Source: an uncultured Erysipelotrichaceae bacterium
GTDB lineage: Bacteria; Bacillota_I; Bacilli_A; RF39; UBA660
DNA length: 35,263 bases
Assembly: GCA_902783185.1 (NCBI GenBank)
Contig: CACZPQ010000010.1
Span: 1 to 35,263, forward strand
Reading direction: 5' to 3'
Positions 1 to 9,490 of the stretch are shown piece after piece; within the stretch, counting starts at the first letter, position 1, and the number at the start of each line of letters is the position of its first letter. The notes beneath the pieces are model-generated. The model was not told where the DNA came from. It saw only the letters and a program-made list of their open reading frames with translations, and did no database searches. Made by a program: the position numbers and the translations under genes.

Positions 1-60
1 AATGACACTTTTTTAGTGTATATTTTTAAAATTTAAGTTATAATATATATGGTGAAAAGA

Positions 61-1248
61 ATGAAAAGATTACAAGATATGGAAGTAGATAATAAAACGG
101 TTATTGTTAGATGTGATTTTAATGTTCCTATAAAAGATAATCAAATAATAGATGATTATAAGATAGTTAAATCATTAGATACTATTAAGTATTTATTAGA
201 TAGAAATTGTAAAATTGTATTATTATCACATTTAGGAAAAGTTAAAACTGAAGAAGATAAAAATAATAATAGCCTAGAGATAGTAGCAAGAAGATTAAAA
301 ACATTATTAAATACTAATGTAATTTTTTCAAGAGTAATAAGAAATGAAGCATTGAATCAAAAGATTAAAACATTACAACCTAAAAGTATTATTCTTTTAG
401 AAAATACAAGATTTATGGATGTACCTAATAAACAAGAAAGCAATTGTGATGATGATTTGTCTAAGTATTTTGCTAGTTTAGGTGATATATTTGTTATGGA
501 TGCTTTTGGATCATCACATAGACGTCATGCATCAACTTATGGAATAACTAAATACATTCCTAGTTGTATTGGTTTATTAGTTCAAAATGAAATAGATAAT
601 ATAAATAAATATGTTATTAATGCAGAACATCCATTTACTATTGTAATGGGTGGAGCTAAGATTGATGATAAGTTAGAATTAATGGTTGAATTACTACCTA
701 AGTGTGATTATATGCTACTAACTGGTGGCCTTGCAAATACATGCTTAAAAGTACTAGGATTCAATGTTGGTAATTCTATATGTTCTAAAGATGATGCTGT
801 CCTTGCTGTGGTTAAAGAAATGTTAGTTACTTATAGAGATAAGATTACACTTCCATATGATGTAATTGTAACTAATACTTATAGTGATAATTATATAGAT
901 CAAAAGAATGTTGATGAAATTGATTCTAATGAAGAAATTAAAGATATAGGTGGAACAACGCTTAGTAATTACGCTAAAGTAATAAATCAATCTAAGACTA
1001 TATTTGTTAATGGTACTGCTGGAGTATATGAAGATAATAGATTTGCTAATGGTACTAAAGAATTATTAAGAATTATTTCTTTATCTCCTGCTGATGTAGT
1101 AGTTGGTGGTGGAGATGCAGCATCTGCAGCTAGAACTTTAGGTTATTCAAACTCATTTAAGTTTATATCTACTGGTGGTGGTGCTACATTAGATTATATT
1201 ATTAATCATAAGATGGCCATTGAAGATAATGATGTTGAAGTATTATAA
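61..1248 (+). CDS. pgk: phosphoglycerate kinase (divergent)
   Basis: Motifs RCDFNVP, SHLG, LLENTRF, DAFGSSHR, GGAK, GGGD, ISTGGGA. Start set to ATG 61 after GGTGA (51-55); ORF track starts at 49. Confidence 0.93.
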   Translation: MKRLQDMEVDNKTVIVRCDFNVPIKDNQIIDDYKIVKSLDTIKYLLDRNCKIVLLSHLGKVKTEEDKNNNSLEIVARRLKTLLNTNVIFSRVIRNEALNQKIKTLQPKSIILLENTRFMDVPNKQESNCDDDLSKYFASLGDIFVMDAFGSSHRRHASTYGITKYIPSCIGLLVQNEIDNINKYVINAEHPFTIVMGGAKIDDKLELMVELLPKCDYMLLTGGLANTCLKVLGFNVGNSICSKDDAVLAVVKEMLVTYRDKITLPYDVIVTNTYSDNYIDQKNVDEIDSNEEIKDIGGTTLSNYAKVINQSKTIFVNGTAGVYEDNRFANGTKELLRIISLSPADVVVGGGDAASAARTLGYSNSFKFISTGGGATLDYIINHKMAIEDNDVEVL

Positions 1249-1250
1249 AT

Positions 1251-1278
1251 AATTTAAGTTTTTACTTAAATTTTTTTA
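1251..1278 (+). terminator. intrinsic terminator after pgk
   Basis: AATTTAAGT-tttt-ACTTAAATT followed by T run. Confidence 0.6.
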
Positions 1279-1310
1279 TTTTATACATTATATTTCATAA
1301 GTTTACATTA

Positions 1311-1366
1311 TTCGACACTATCTAACATAATAATTTCTTTTAATTTGTCTAATTAGATAATATAAT
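1311..1366. promoter_or_regulatory. 0A box(es) and -10 element upstream of spo0A
   Basis: TTCGACA at 1311-1317 is the exact reverse complement of TGTCGAA; TGTCTAA at 1346-1352 has 1 mismatch; TATAAT at 1361-1366. Confidence 0.65.
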
Positions 1367-1410
1367 AGATTTGTGCTGTAAAAATAAAAAAGAATAGAGG
1401 AGACTAGAAA

Positions 1411-2178
1411 ATGATTAATTTACTTATGGTAGATAATGATGAATCTACCATTAAAGAAGTTAAGCAGTATTTTAGTAGTATAAGCAGTATCAATATTAAA
1501 AAAGTATGCAAAGATGGAAAAGATGCATGTGATGAATTAATTAAAAATAGTAATGGATATGATGTTATTTTACTTAATCCTGTACTACCAACTATTGATG
1601 GCATTGGTGTTTTAAAATTAATGGAAGAAAATAATATAAATACTAAAGTAATTATATATGCTGATTATAATAATCCTAATATGGTTAAATCTTTATATCA
1701 GTTTGATATATCATTTTATCTATTAAAGAGTATAGATAAATCTATATTAAAAGAAAGAATAGAAGATTCAATTGAAATTAATTATAAAGAATATGAATTA
1801 TTAGATAACAGCATAAATAAGAAGATTAGTAAACTATTACATGATTTAGGTATGCCATCACATATTAAAGGTTATCAATATATAAGAGATTCTATTATAT
1901 TAATGCATGAAAATCCAGCATACTTTGGAAGCATAACAAAACAATTATATCCAGAAATTGCTAAAAAGTATGATACAACAGCTTCACGTGTTGAAAGAGC
2001 AATTCGCCATGCTATTGAAGTTAGTTGGTCAAGAGGAGATTATGATTTAATGGATGAAATATTTGGCCATTCAGTAGATTTTGATAGAGCTAAACCAACA
2101 AATTCAGAGTTTTTGGCAACATTGGCTGACAGAATAAATTTAGATGAGAGTAGGTATAAGTTAAGAAATTATAATTAA
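1411..2178 (+). CDS. spo0A: Spo0A-family transcription factor with atypical receiver domain
   Basis: C-terminal LGMPSHIKGYQYIR...ITKQLYPEIAKKYDTTASRVERAIRHAIEVSWSRG...KPTNSEF is the Spo0A DNA-binding domain; N-terminal receiver fold; SD GAGGAG. Confidence 0.92.
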   Translation: MINLLMVDNDESTIKEVKQYFSSISSINIKKVCKDGKDACDELIKNSNGYDVILLNPVLPTIDGIGVLKLMEENNINTKVIIYADYNNPNMVKSLYQFDISFYLLKSIDKSILKERIEDSIEINYKEYELLDNSINKKISKLLHDLGMPSHIKGYQYIRDSIILMHENPAYFGSITKQLYPEIAKKYDTTASRVERAIRHAIEVSWSRGDYDLMDEIFGHSVDFDRAKPTNSEFLATLADRINLDESRYKLRNYN

Positions 2179-2191
2179 CTTATATTTTTTT
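2155..2191 (+). terminator. intrinsic terminator overlapping the spo0A 3' end
   Basis: TATAAGTTAA...TTAACTTATA followed by T run. Confidence 0.6.
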
Positions 2192-2247
2192 ATGAAATTA
2201 ATGGAAATTTATTCAAATATATTTTATAATTTTATTAGGTGAAAAAT

Positions 2248-3753
2248 ATGAAAAATGTATTATTAATTGTATTAGATGGATTTGGTATACGAAATGATGA
2301 AAAAGGCAATGCAATAAAGAATGCTGATATGCCAACATTTAATAAACTTTGGGATGAATATCCTCATTCATTACTTGAAGCCTCAGGTAGAGCAGTTGGT
2401 TTAACAAAAGGACAAATGGGAAATTCAGAGATTGGCCATCTTTCAATTGGAGCTGGACGATTAATTAAGCAAAACATTACTCAAATAGATGATATGTTTA
2501 ATAATAATGAATTAAAAGATAATGAAGTATATAAAGAAATGGTTGATTATGCAAGAGTTAATCATAAACCTATACATTTAATGGCTTTAATATCTGATGG
2601 TGGAATTCATTCTCATATTAAGTTTGTATTAAATATGATAGATAAATTATATGAAGATAAAGTTAATGAGGTATACGTTCATGCAATTACTGATGGTCGG
2701 GATACTGATGTTCATTCTGCATATAAGTATATAAAACAAGTTGAGGATAAGTTGGTTGAATATAAATTAGGGCATGTTGTATCAGTATGTGGTAGGTACT
2801 ATGCCATGGATAGGGATAAAAAATGGGATAGAACTAAGTATTATTCTGATATGGTTACCATGGGTAAAGGTGTTAAAATTAAAAATATAGAAGAAGCAAT
2901 TAATATATGTTATAAAAAAGATATTACTGATGAATTTTTACCACCATTATTATTAGATGAAAAACATATAATTAAAGATAAGGATGTTTTACTATGGTTT
3001 AATTTTAGACCAGATAGAGCTAAACAAATACTTGAAGTATTAACTAATCCTAGATTTATTGAGTATCCTGTTGAACTATTACCTAAATTAAAGGTTTATA
3101 CTATATATAAGATTAATGAAGCAATAAATAGTAAAAATTTAATTAATCATATTGATGTTAATAATTCATTTGGTGAATACATATCAAGTCTTGGTTTAAA
3201 ACAAGCAAGAATTGCCGAAACAGAAAAGTATGCACATGTTACATATTTCTTTGATGGTGGTAGGGAATTAGAATTACCTGAATGTGATAGATTTTTAATA
3301 CCATCTCCAAAAGTAGCTACATATGATTTAAAACCAGAAATGTCATCTGTTGGTATTACGAAGCAAGTAATTAGATGTTTAAATGATAATTATGATTTTA
3401 TTTTAGTTAATTTTGCAAATCCTGATATGGTTGGTCATACTGGAAATTATGATGCAACACTTAAGGCTTTAGAGGCAGTAGATAATGCTCTTAGTACAAT
3501 AATGGAATATGCTGAAGAAAATTTTTATACTGTTGTTATAACAGCAGATCATGGAAATGCTGATTACATGTATGATGATAAAGGTACAATAATAACTACT
3601 CATTCAACTAGTCCTGTACCATTTATAATTACAGATAAGAAATTAAAATTAAAAGATGGTTCAATAACTAATATTGCACCAACACTATTAAAATATATGG
3701 ATATTAAGATACCAGATGAAATGAAAGATAGTGATATTTTAATAGATAATTAA
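2248..3753 (+). CDS. gpmI: 2,3-bisphosphoglycerate-independent phosphoglycerate mutase
   Basis: LDGFG, GQMGNSEIGH, SDGGIHSH, DGRD, GRYYAMDRD, AETEKYAHVTYFF, NPDMVGHTG, TADHGNA; SD AGGTGA before ATG 2248. Confidence 0.97.
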   Translation: MKNVLLIVLDGFGIRNDEKGNAIKNADMPTFNKLWDEYPHSLLEASGRAVGLTKGQMGNSEIGHLSIGAGRLIKQNITQIDDMFNNNELKDNEVYKEMVDYARVNHKPIHLMALISDGGIHSHIKFVLNMIDKLYEDKVNEVYVHAITDGRDTDVHSAYKYIKQVEDKLVEYKLGHVVSVCGRYYAMDRDKKWDRTKYYSDMVTMGKGVKIKNIEEAINICYKKDITDEFLPPLLLDEKHIIKDKDVLLWFNFRPDRAKQILEVLTNPRFIEYPVELLPKLKVYTIYKINEAINSKNLINHIDVNNSFGEYISSLGLKQARIAETEKYAHVTYFFDGGRELELPECDRFLIPSPKVATYDLKPEMSSVGITKQVIRCLNDNYDFILVNFANPDMVGHTGNYDATLKALEAVDNALSTIMEYAEENFYTVVITADHGNADYMYDDKGTIITTHSTSPVPFIITDKKLKLKDGSITNIAPTLLKYMDIKIPDEMKDSDILIDN

Positions 3754-3772
3754 GAAGAATATCTTCTTTTTT
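3752..3772 (+). terminator. intrinsic terminator after gpmI
   Basis: AAGAAGA-ata-TCTTCTT followed by T run. Confidence 0.55.
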
Positions 3773-3775
3773 AAA

Positions 3776-3804
3776 TTGTATTTATTAAAAAATATTTGTA
3801 TAAT
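3776..3804 (+). promoter_or_regulatory. sigma-A type promoter for the sensor kinase gene
   Basis: TTGTAT, 17-nt spacer, TATAAT. Confidence 0.55.
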
Positions 3805-3826
3805 GATAATAATAGGATGTGTTAAT

Positions 3827-5617
3827 ATGATATCAACGTATTTTTTTATAATAATAAGTATGGTTTATAACATTATATTATGTTATTTATTCTTTCATAA
3901 AACTAGAGTTAAGTCACCTGAAATAAGAATATTTGGATGGTTATTAGTTACTAATTTTATTGGTTTATTCTTAGAATTATATAACAGATTTAGTATAATT
4001 ACATTAGGAGCTGATAATGTATTTATACCTTATACTAGTAAATTATATTTATTATATTATATTGTTTATATAGTACTATTTTTTAAATATTTCTTAGCTA
4101 TATCTTTTTCAATTAAAAAGTATAAGAAGTATTCTATAATATTTAATATATTTAGTTTACTAGCAACTATTGGATGTGGATATATGATATATAAATTGCC
4201 TGTTATTATAAATACTGATAATGGTATTTATTTAACTGGTAATTGTGTTGAAACTGTATTTTCATTAATGAGTATTTTTTTAGTATTAATAATATTAATT
4301 TATATGATAAGGTATAGACATATTGATAAAAATAAGTATATATCTTGTTTATCATTCATGATATTAAGTTGTTTATTTGGAGTAGTACAAAAGTATTTTC
4401 CATTTATAACATTATCAACAGCTATGCAAACAGTTGTGTTATATATTATATATAATACAATTGAAAATCCAGATGTTAAAATGTTGCATCAAATTAATTT
4501 AGCTAAACTGTTAATGGAAGAAGCAAATAATAATAAGAAAGAAGCTATAAGTGATATATCTCATGATATTAGAATTCCTCTTAATTCAATAATTGGTTTT
4601 TCTGAGGATATTAAAAAATATGAAAATAAATTACCACTAGAAGTAAAAGAAGATATTAACTATATTTTAGAATCATCTAATAATATATTAGATGCTGTTG
4701 ATAGTTTAAATGATATAAAAGATATAGTAACAACTGATTTAGAACTTACATTAAAACCATATTCACTTAAAAAAGAAGTTAATCGTATAAAGAATAAATT
4801 CAAAACAGAAATTGATGACAATATTAACTTTGTTGTAAACATAGATGATAACATTCCTGAAAAATTAGTAGGTGATAAAACATATATCAGCGAGATTATT
4901 AGTAATATATTATCAATGTCATTAAAAAATACAAACAATGGTGAAATAGAACTATATGTTAAGATTGATACTAATAAAAATAAATGTAATATACTATTTA
5001 TTGTTAAAGATAGTGGTAAAGGATATAAAAAAGATGAACTATATGATTTAAGAAATATTGGTGATGATGATAATATAAAAATTGATGAAAATAATATATT
5101 ATTTGCTATTACAAAAAATTTAGTTAGTTTAATGGAAGGGAAACTTGAAATTGAATCTAAACATAATAATGGATCAACTGTTTCTATTATTATTCCTCAA
5201 GATGTTTATGTTGAAGAAAAGGATGAAGATACTGAGATTTCAATAAACTATTCTAATAAGCATATTCTTGTTGTTGATGATAATGAATTGAATATTAAAG
5301 TATTATCTAGAGCATTAAGTGACTTTAAAGTAAATATAGACTCTGTTTTATCTGGAGAAGAAGCATTAGATAAAATAGCAAAAGGAAATGAATATGATTT
5401 AATACTAATGGATATTTTAATGCCAAAACTTAGTGGAGTAGAAACATTAAATAAACTAAAAGAAGATAAAAAATTTAATACGCCAGTGGTAGCTTTAACT
5501 GCTGATGTTAATAAAGAAGCAAAAGAAAAATATCTAAGTTATGGTTTTAATGATTACATATCAAAACCATTTAGTAAGAAGGAAATAAAAATGAAGATTC
5601 ACACTTTATTTAAATAA
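3827..5617 (+). CDS. membrane-bound hybrid sensor histidine kinase/receiver protein with degenerate ATPase motifs
   Basis: About 7 hydrophobic segments; H-box ISHDIRIPLNSIIGFS; VKDSGKG; C-terminal receiver ILVVDDN...LMDILMP...TA...SKPF. Confidence 0.88.
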   Translation: MISTYFFIIISMVYNIILCYLFFHKTRVKSPEIRIFGWLLVTNFIGLFLELYNRFSIITLGADNVFIPYTSKLYLLYYIVYIVLFFKYFLAISFSIKKYKKYSIIFNIFSLLATIGCGYMIYKLPVIINTDNGIYLTGNCVETVFSLMSIFLVLIILIYMIRYRHIDKNKYISCLSFMILSCLFGVVQKYFPFITLSTAMQTVVLYIIYNTIENPDVKMLHQINLAKLLMEEANNNKKEAISDISHDIRIPLNSIIGFSEDIKKYENKLPLEVKEDINYILESSNNILDAVDSLNDIKDIVTTDLELTLKPYSLKKEVNRIKNKFKTEIDDNINFVVNIDDNIPEKLVGDKTYISEIISNILSMSLKNTNNGEIELYVKIDTNKNKCNILFIVKDSGKGYKKDELYDLRNIGDDDNIKIDENNILFAITKNLVSLMEGKLEIESKHNNGSTVSIIIPQDVYVEEKDEDTEISINYSNKHILVVDDNELNIKVLSRALSDFKVNIDSVLSGEEALDKIAKGNEYDLILMDILMPKLSGVETLNKLKEDKKFNTPVVALTADVNKEAKEKYLSYGFNDYISKPFSKKEIKMKIHTLFK

Positions 5618-5639
5618 AGTAAAAATCTTTATTTTTTTT
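5612..5639 (+). terminator. intrinsic terminator after the kinase gene
   Basis: AAATAAAG-taaaaat-CTTTATTT followed by T run. Confidence 0.5.
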
Positions 5640-5650
5640 GTAATTTATAC

Positions 5651-5680
5651 TTGATTTTAAGCATAAAATTGTGGTAAACT
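5651..5680 (+). promoter_or_regulatory. S10 operon promoter
   Basis: TTGATT, 18-nt spacer, extended -10 TGgTAAACT. Confidence 0.55.
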
Positions 5681-5689
5681 TATAAACGT

Positions 5690-5830
5690 ATGACTGCATT
5701 GATGTGTGAGGTTGCTGATACACTAGGGTAAGTTGTTTGATAATAATTTACAACAAGATATATATTCCTAGATTTTATCAGGTAATTCATTACGGAGCAA
5801 GTCTATACTAGATATAGGCGAAAGGAGGAC
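5690..5830 (+). promoter_or_regulatory. structured rpsJ (S10 operon) 5' leader RNA
   Basis: GAGGTTGCTGATACAC...ACGGAGCAAGTCTAT...ATAGGCGAAAGGAGG resembles the conserved Bacillota rpsJ leader; stems CTAGG/CCTAG, TTGTT/AACAA, GTCTAT/ATAGGC. Confidence 0.7.
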
Positions 5831-5837
5831 ATGTATT

Positions 5838-6143
5838 ATGTCAAACAGTAAAGTTCGTATTAATTTAAAAAGCTATGATCACAGATTAGTTGATTTAGCT
5901 GCTGCAAAGATTTGCGAAACTGTTAAAAGAACTGGGGGAGAGATTTCTGGTCCTATTCCTCTACCTACTGAAATTGAAAAGATTACAGTACTTAGAGCTG
6001 TACATAAGTACAAAGATGCCAGAGAACAATTCGAAAGTCGTACTCATAAGAGATTAATCGATATTAAGAACCCTAGTAAGGAAACTATTGAGGCTTTATC
6101 TCATGTAGATATTCCAAGTGGTGTAAGCATCACAATCAAATAA
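5838..6143 (+). CDS. rpsJ: 30S ribosomal protein S10
   Basis: [28 protein letters not shown]. Confidence 0.98.
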   Translation: MSNSKVRINLKSYDHRLVDLAAAKICETVKRTGGEISGPIPLPTEIEKITVLRAVHKYKDAREQFESRTHKRLIDIKNPSKETIEALSHVDIPSGVSITIK

Positions 6144-6170
6144 TTATATTAAAAAGGAAGGAAAAGTATT

Positions 6171-7055
6171 ATGAAAGGAATCTTAGGAAGAAAAGTTGGA
6201 ATGACTGAAGTCTTTACTAAAGACGGTAGAGCTATTCCTGTCACAGTTATTGAAGTAGAACCAAATATTGTTACTCAAGTTAAAACAACTGAAACTGATG
6301 GTTATAATGCAATTCAATTAGGCGTTTGTGACAAAAAAGAAAAAAATGCCACTAAAGCAAGTATTGGTCATACTAAAAAAGCTAATACTCACCCTAAGCG
6401 CTTCTTAAAAGAAATTAGAAACTTTGAAGGAACTTATAACTTAGGAGACACTATTAAAGCAGATATCTTTGAAGTAGGAGAAATAGTTGATGTAACTGGT
6501 ACTTCTAAAGGAAAAGGTACTCAAGGTGTTATAAAAAGATATGGACAACATTCAGGTCCAGATACTCACGGATCTCGTTATCACAGAAGAGTTGGTTCTT
6601 TAGGTACAATGAGACCAATGAGAGTTATACCAGGTAAGAAATTACCAGGACATTTAGGAAATGTAACAGTAACTATTCAAAATTTAGAAATAGTTGATGT
6701 TAATTTAGAAGATAATTACATTTTAGTAAGTGGAAATGTTCCAGGTGCAAAAAAATCTTTAGTTTTAATTAAATCTGCAGTTAAGAATTCTAGAAAGAAA
6801 GAAAATATAGAATTAATTAACTACAATGAACCAGAAGTAGTTGAAGAAACTGTAGTTGATGAAGTAGTTGAAACTCCAGTAGAAGAAAATACTGTTGAAG
6901 AAGCTACAACTGAAACTGTAGAAACTACTGAAGAAGTTGCAACTGAGGAAACTCCAGTAGAAGAAGTTAAAGAAGAAACTCCTGCTGAAGAAACAGTTGA
7001 AACTGCAGAAGAAACAAATGAAGCTGAAGTAAAGGAAGGAACTACTGAAGAATAA
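6171..7055 (+). CDS. rplC: 50S ribosomal protein L3 with acidic C-terminal extension
   Basis: [36 protein letters not shown]. Confidence 0.97.
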   Translation: MKGILGRKVGMTEVFTKDGRAIPVTVIEVEPNIVTQVKTTETDGYNAIQLGVCDKKEKNATKASIGHTKKANTHPKRFLKEIRNFEGTYNLGDTIKADIFEVGEIVDVTGTSKGKGTQGVIKRYGQHSGPDTHGSRYHRRVGSLGTMRPMRVIPGKKLPGHLGNVTVTIQNLEIVDVNLEDNYILVSGNVPGAKKSLVLIKSAVKNSRKKENIELINYNEPEVVEETVVDEVVETPVEENTVEEATTETVETTEEVATEETPVEEVKEETPAEETVETAEETNEAEVKEGTTEE

Positions 7056-7081
7056 TTCTTCAAGAGTGAGGGTGAATTTAC

Positions 7082-7711
7082 ATGGCAAAATTAGATGTTA
7101 AAAATTTAAAAAATGAAAAAACTAAAGATATTACATTAAGTACTGAAGTATTTGGTGTTGAAGTAAATGATGTTGTTCTTAAAAAAGCAATTGATTTACA
7201 ATTAGCTGCATCTAGACAAGGAACTGCAAAAACTAAAACACGTAGTGAAGTATCTGGTGGTGGAAGAAAACCATGGAGACAAAAAGGTACTGGACGTGCT
7301 CGTCAAGGTTCTACTAGAGCTACTCAATGGAGAGGCGGCGGAATCGCTTGTGGTGTACTACCAAGAGACTACACATTTAAAATGAATAAAAAGGAAAGAG
7401 TTTTAGCTTTAAAATCAGCTTTAACTTATAAAGTAAAAGATAAAGAATTAGTAGTAGTTGAAAAATTCGATGTTAAATCAATGAAGACTAAAGATATCAA
7501 GTCTATGATTGAAACAATGAAATTAGAAGGTAAAGTATTATTTATTGCATCTTCTGAAACTGATGTTGAAAATCTATATATGGCTTCAAGAAATTTAGGT
7601 TATGTATATGTTTTATTATCAGATGAAATTAATTGTTATGATTTAGTCAATGCTGATACAGTAGTTGTTGAAGAAGCTGCTATTAAAGAGATAGAGGAGG
7701 CACTTAAATAA
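7082..7711 (+). CDS. rplD: 50S ribosomal protein L4
   Basis: RSEVSGGGRKPWRQKGTGRARQGS. Confidence 0.98.
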   Translation: MAKLDVKNLKNEKTKDITLSTEVFGVEVNDVVLKKAIDLQLAASRQGTAKTKTRSEVSGGGRKPWRQKGTGRARQGSTRATQWRGGGIACGVLPRDYTFKMNKKERVLALKSALTYKVKDKELVVVEKFDVKSMKTKDIKSMIETMKLEGKVLFIASSETDVENLYMASRNLGYVYVLLSDEINCYDLVNADTVVVEEAAIKEIEEALK

Positions 7712-7986
7712 TGAAAGATTATACTGATATTATTCAAGAAGTAGTAGTTACTGAAAAAAGTGCTGCTAATGCTGAAAAAGGTGTTTATACATTTAAAGTA
7801 GCTAAAAGTGCTAACAAAATTGAAATTAAGGAAGCTATTGAAAAAGCATTCCAAGTAAAAGTAAAAAATATTAATACATTAAATACTAAGCCAAAGAAAA
7901 AAAGAGTTGGTAGATATGTTGGAGAAAAGAAAACATATAAAAAAGCTATTGTTACTCTTAAAGATGGCGATAGTATTAACTTATAG
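7711..7986 (+). CDS. rplW: 50S ribosomal protein L23
   Basis: [25 protein letters not shown]. Confidence 0.97.
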   Translation: MKDYTDIIQEVVVTEKSAANAEKGVYTFKVAKSANKIEIKEAIEKAFQVKVKNINTLNTKPKKKRVGRYVGEKKTYKKAIVTLKDGDSINL

Positions 7987-8003
7987 GAAAGGAGAGAGTG
8001 TTT

Positions 8004-8831
8004 ATGCCAATTAAAAAGTTTAAAGCTACGACAAATGGTCGTAGAGGTATGAGTGCACTAACTAATGAAGGTTTATCTAAAGTTGCTCCAGAAAAATCAT
8101 TACTAGTAAAGAAAACAAAAACTGGTGGTAGAAATAATTCTGGAAAAATGACAGTTAGACACATTGGTGGTGGTGCCAAACAAAAATATAGAGTTATAGA
8201 CTTTAAAAGAAATAAAACTGGTGTAACTGGTAAAGTAGTTTCTATTGAATACGATCCAAATAGAAATGCTAACATCGCTCTTATTTCTTATAAAGATGGA
8301 GAAAAGAAATATATTATTGCTCCTAAAGGATTAGAAGTTGGAACAATAATTGAAAATGGACCTCAAGCAGATATTAAAGTAGGTAATGCATTACCTTTAC
8401 AAAATATTCCAGTTGGTACTGTTGTTCACTGTGTTGAAATGGTTCCTGGAAAAGGAGCTGCTTTAGCTAGATCTGCAGGTACAAGCGTTCAAATATTAGG
8501 ACGTGAAGAAAAATATGTAATGGTAAGATTACAATCTGGTGAAACAAGAAAAATATTAGGTGTATGTATTGCAACTATAGGTGAAGTTGGAAATGAAGAT
8601 TATGAACTTGTTAATATCGGTAAAGCTGGTAGAACAAGACATATGGGAATCAGACCAACTAACCGTGGATCTGTAATGAACCCTAATGACCACCCACATG
8701 GTGGTGGTGAAGGACGTGCTCCAGTAGGACGTAAAGCACCAATGACACCTTGGGGTAAACCAGCTCTAGGATTAAAGACTAGAAAATCAAAGAAAGCATC
8801 TAACAAGTTAATTGTTAGTAAGAGAAAGTAG
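8004..8831 (+). CDS. rplB: 50S ribosomal protein L2
   Basis: [29 protein letters not shown]; ATG 8004 preferred over GTG 7998 by SD spacing. Confidence 0.98.
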   Translation: MPIKKFKATTNGRRGMSALTNEGLSKVAPEKSLLVKKTKTGGRNNSGKMTVRHIGGGAKQKYRVIDFKRNKTGVTGKVVSIEYDPNRNANIALISYKDGEKKYIIAPKGLEVGTIIENGPQADIKVGNALPLQNIPVGTVVHCVEMVPGKGAALARSAGTSVQILGREEKYVMVRLQSGETRKILGVCIATIGEVGNEDYELVNIGKAGRTRHMGIRPTNRGSVMNPNDHPHGGGEGRAPVGRKAPMTPWGKPALGLKTRKSKKASNKLIVSKRK

Positions 8832-8843
8832 GAGGAATAAATA

Positions 8844-9119
8844 ATGGCTAGAAGTTTAAAAAAAGGACCTTATGTTTTTGATAGATTATTAAAAAAAGTT
8901 CAAGAATTAAATAAGGCAAATAAAAAAGAAGTAATTAAAACTTGGTCTAGAAGATCTACAATATTTCCAGATTTTGTAGGATTTACAATTGCTGTTCATA
9001 ACGGTAAAGAATTTATTCCTGTTTATATTACTGAAGATATGGTTGGACACAAACTTGGAGAATTCGCTATGACTCGTAAATTTAACGGACATGGTGGACA
9101 AGATAAAAAAGGTAAGTAG
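8844..9119 (+). CDS. rpsS: 30S ribosomal protein S19
   Basis: [26 protein letters not shown]. Confidence 0.98.
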   Translation: MARSLKKGPYVFDRLLKKVQELNKANKKEVIKTWSRRSTIFPDFVGFTIAVHNGKEFIPVYITEDMVGHKLGEFAMTRKFNGHGGQDKKGK

Positions 9120-9130
9120 GAGGTAAATGA

Positions 9131-9490
9131 ATGGAAACTTATGCTATACATAAAAATGCTGATTTAAAACCTCGTCAAGCTAGATTAACATTAGACCTTG
9201 TAAGAGGAAAAAGTGTTATTGAAGCTAGAGGAATATTAGCAAATACAAACACAAAAGCAAGTAGAATGATAGTAAAAGTATTAAATTCTGCTGCTGCAAA
9301 TGCTGTTAATAACAATAATGCAAAAGAAACTGATTTAGTTATCTCTGAATGCTTTATCAATCCAGGACCTGTTAGAAAGAAAATTAAATTTGCAAGTAGA
9401 TCAAGAATTGGAAGAGCAGATCATAGAACAAGTCATATTGTTATTAAGGTATCTGATAACAAAAAAACTAACAAGAAGGAGGCAAAATAG
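9131..9490 (+). CDS. rplV: 50S ribosomal protein L22
   Basis: Operon position; PRQARL..DLVRG, KVLNSAAANA, RTSHI. Confidence 0.95.
   Translation: METYAIHKNADLKPRQARLTLDLVRGKSVIEARGILANTNTKASRMIVKVLNSAAANAVNNNNAKETDLVISECFINPGPVRKKIKFASRSRIGRADHRTSHIVIKVSDNKKTNKKEAK

Noticed and set aside
6813-7088. Minus-strand ORFs throughout the window (e.g. 6813-7088, 14063-14488, 22983-23288, 27942-28379, 32428-32829) and nested plus ORF 26588-26806
   Set aside because: Shadows of well-supported genes, with no RBS or recognisable motifs
8829-8846. Frequent TAG stops fused to SD (TAGGAGG) in the ribosomal operon
   Set aside because: Ordinary translational coupling in Bacillota
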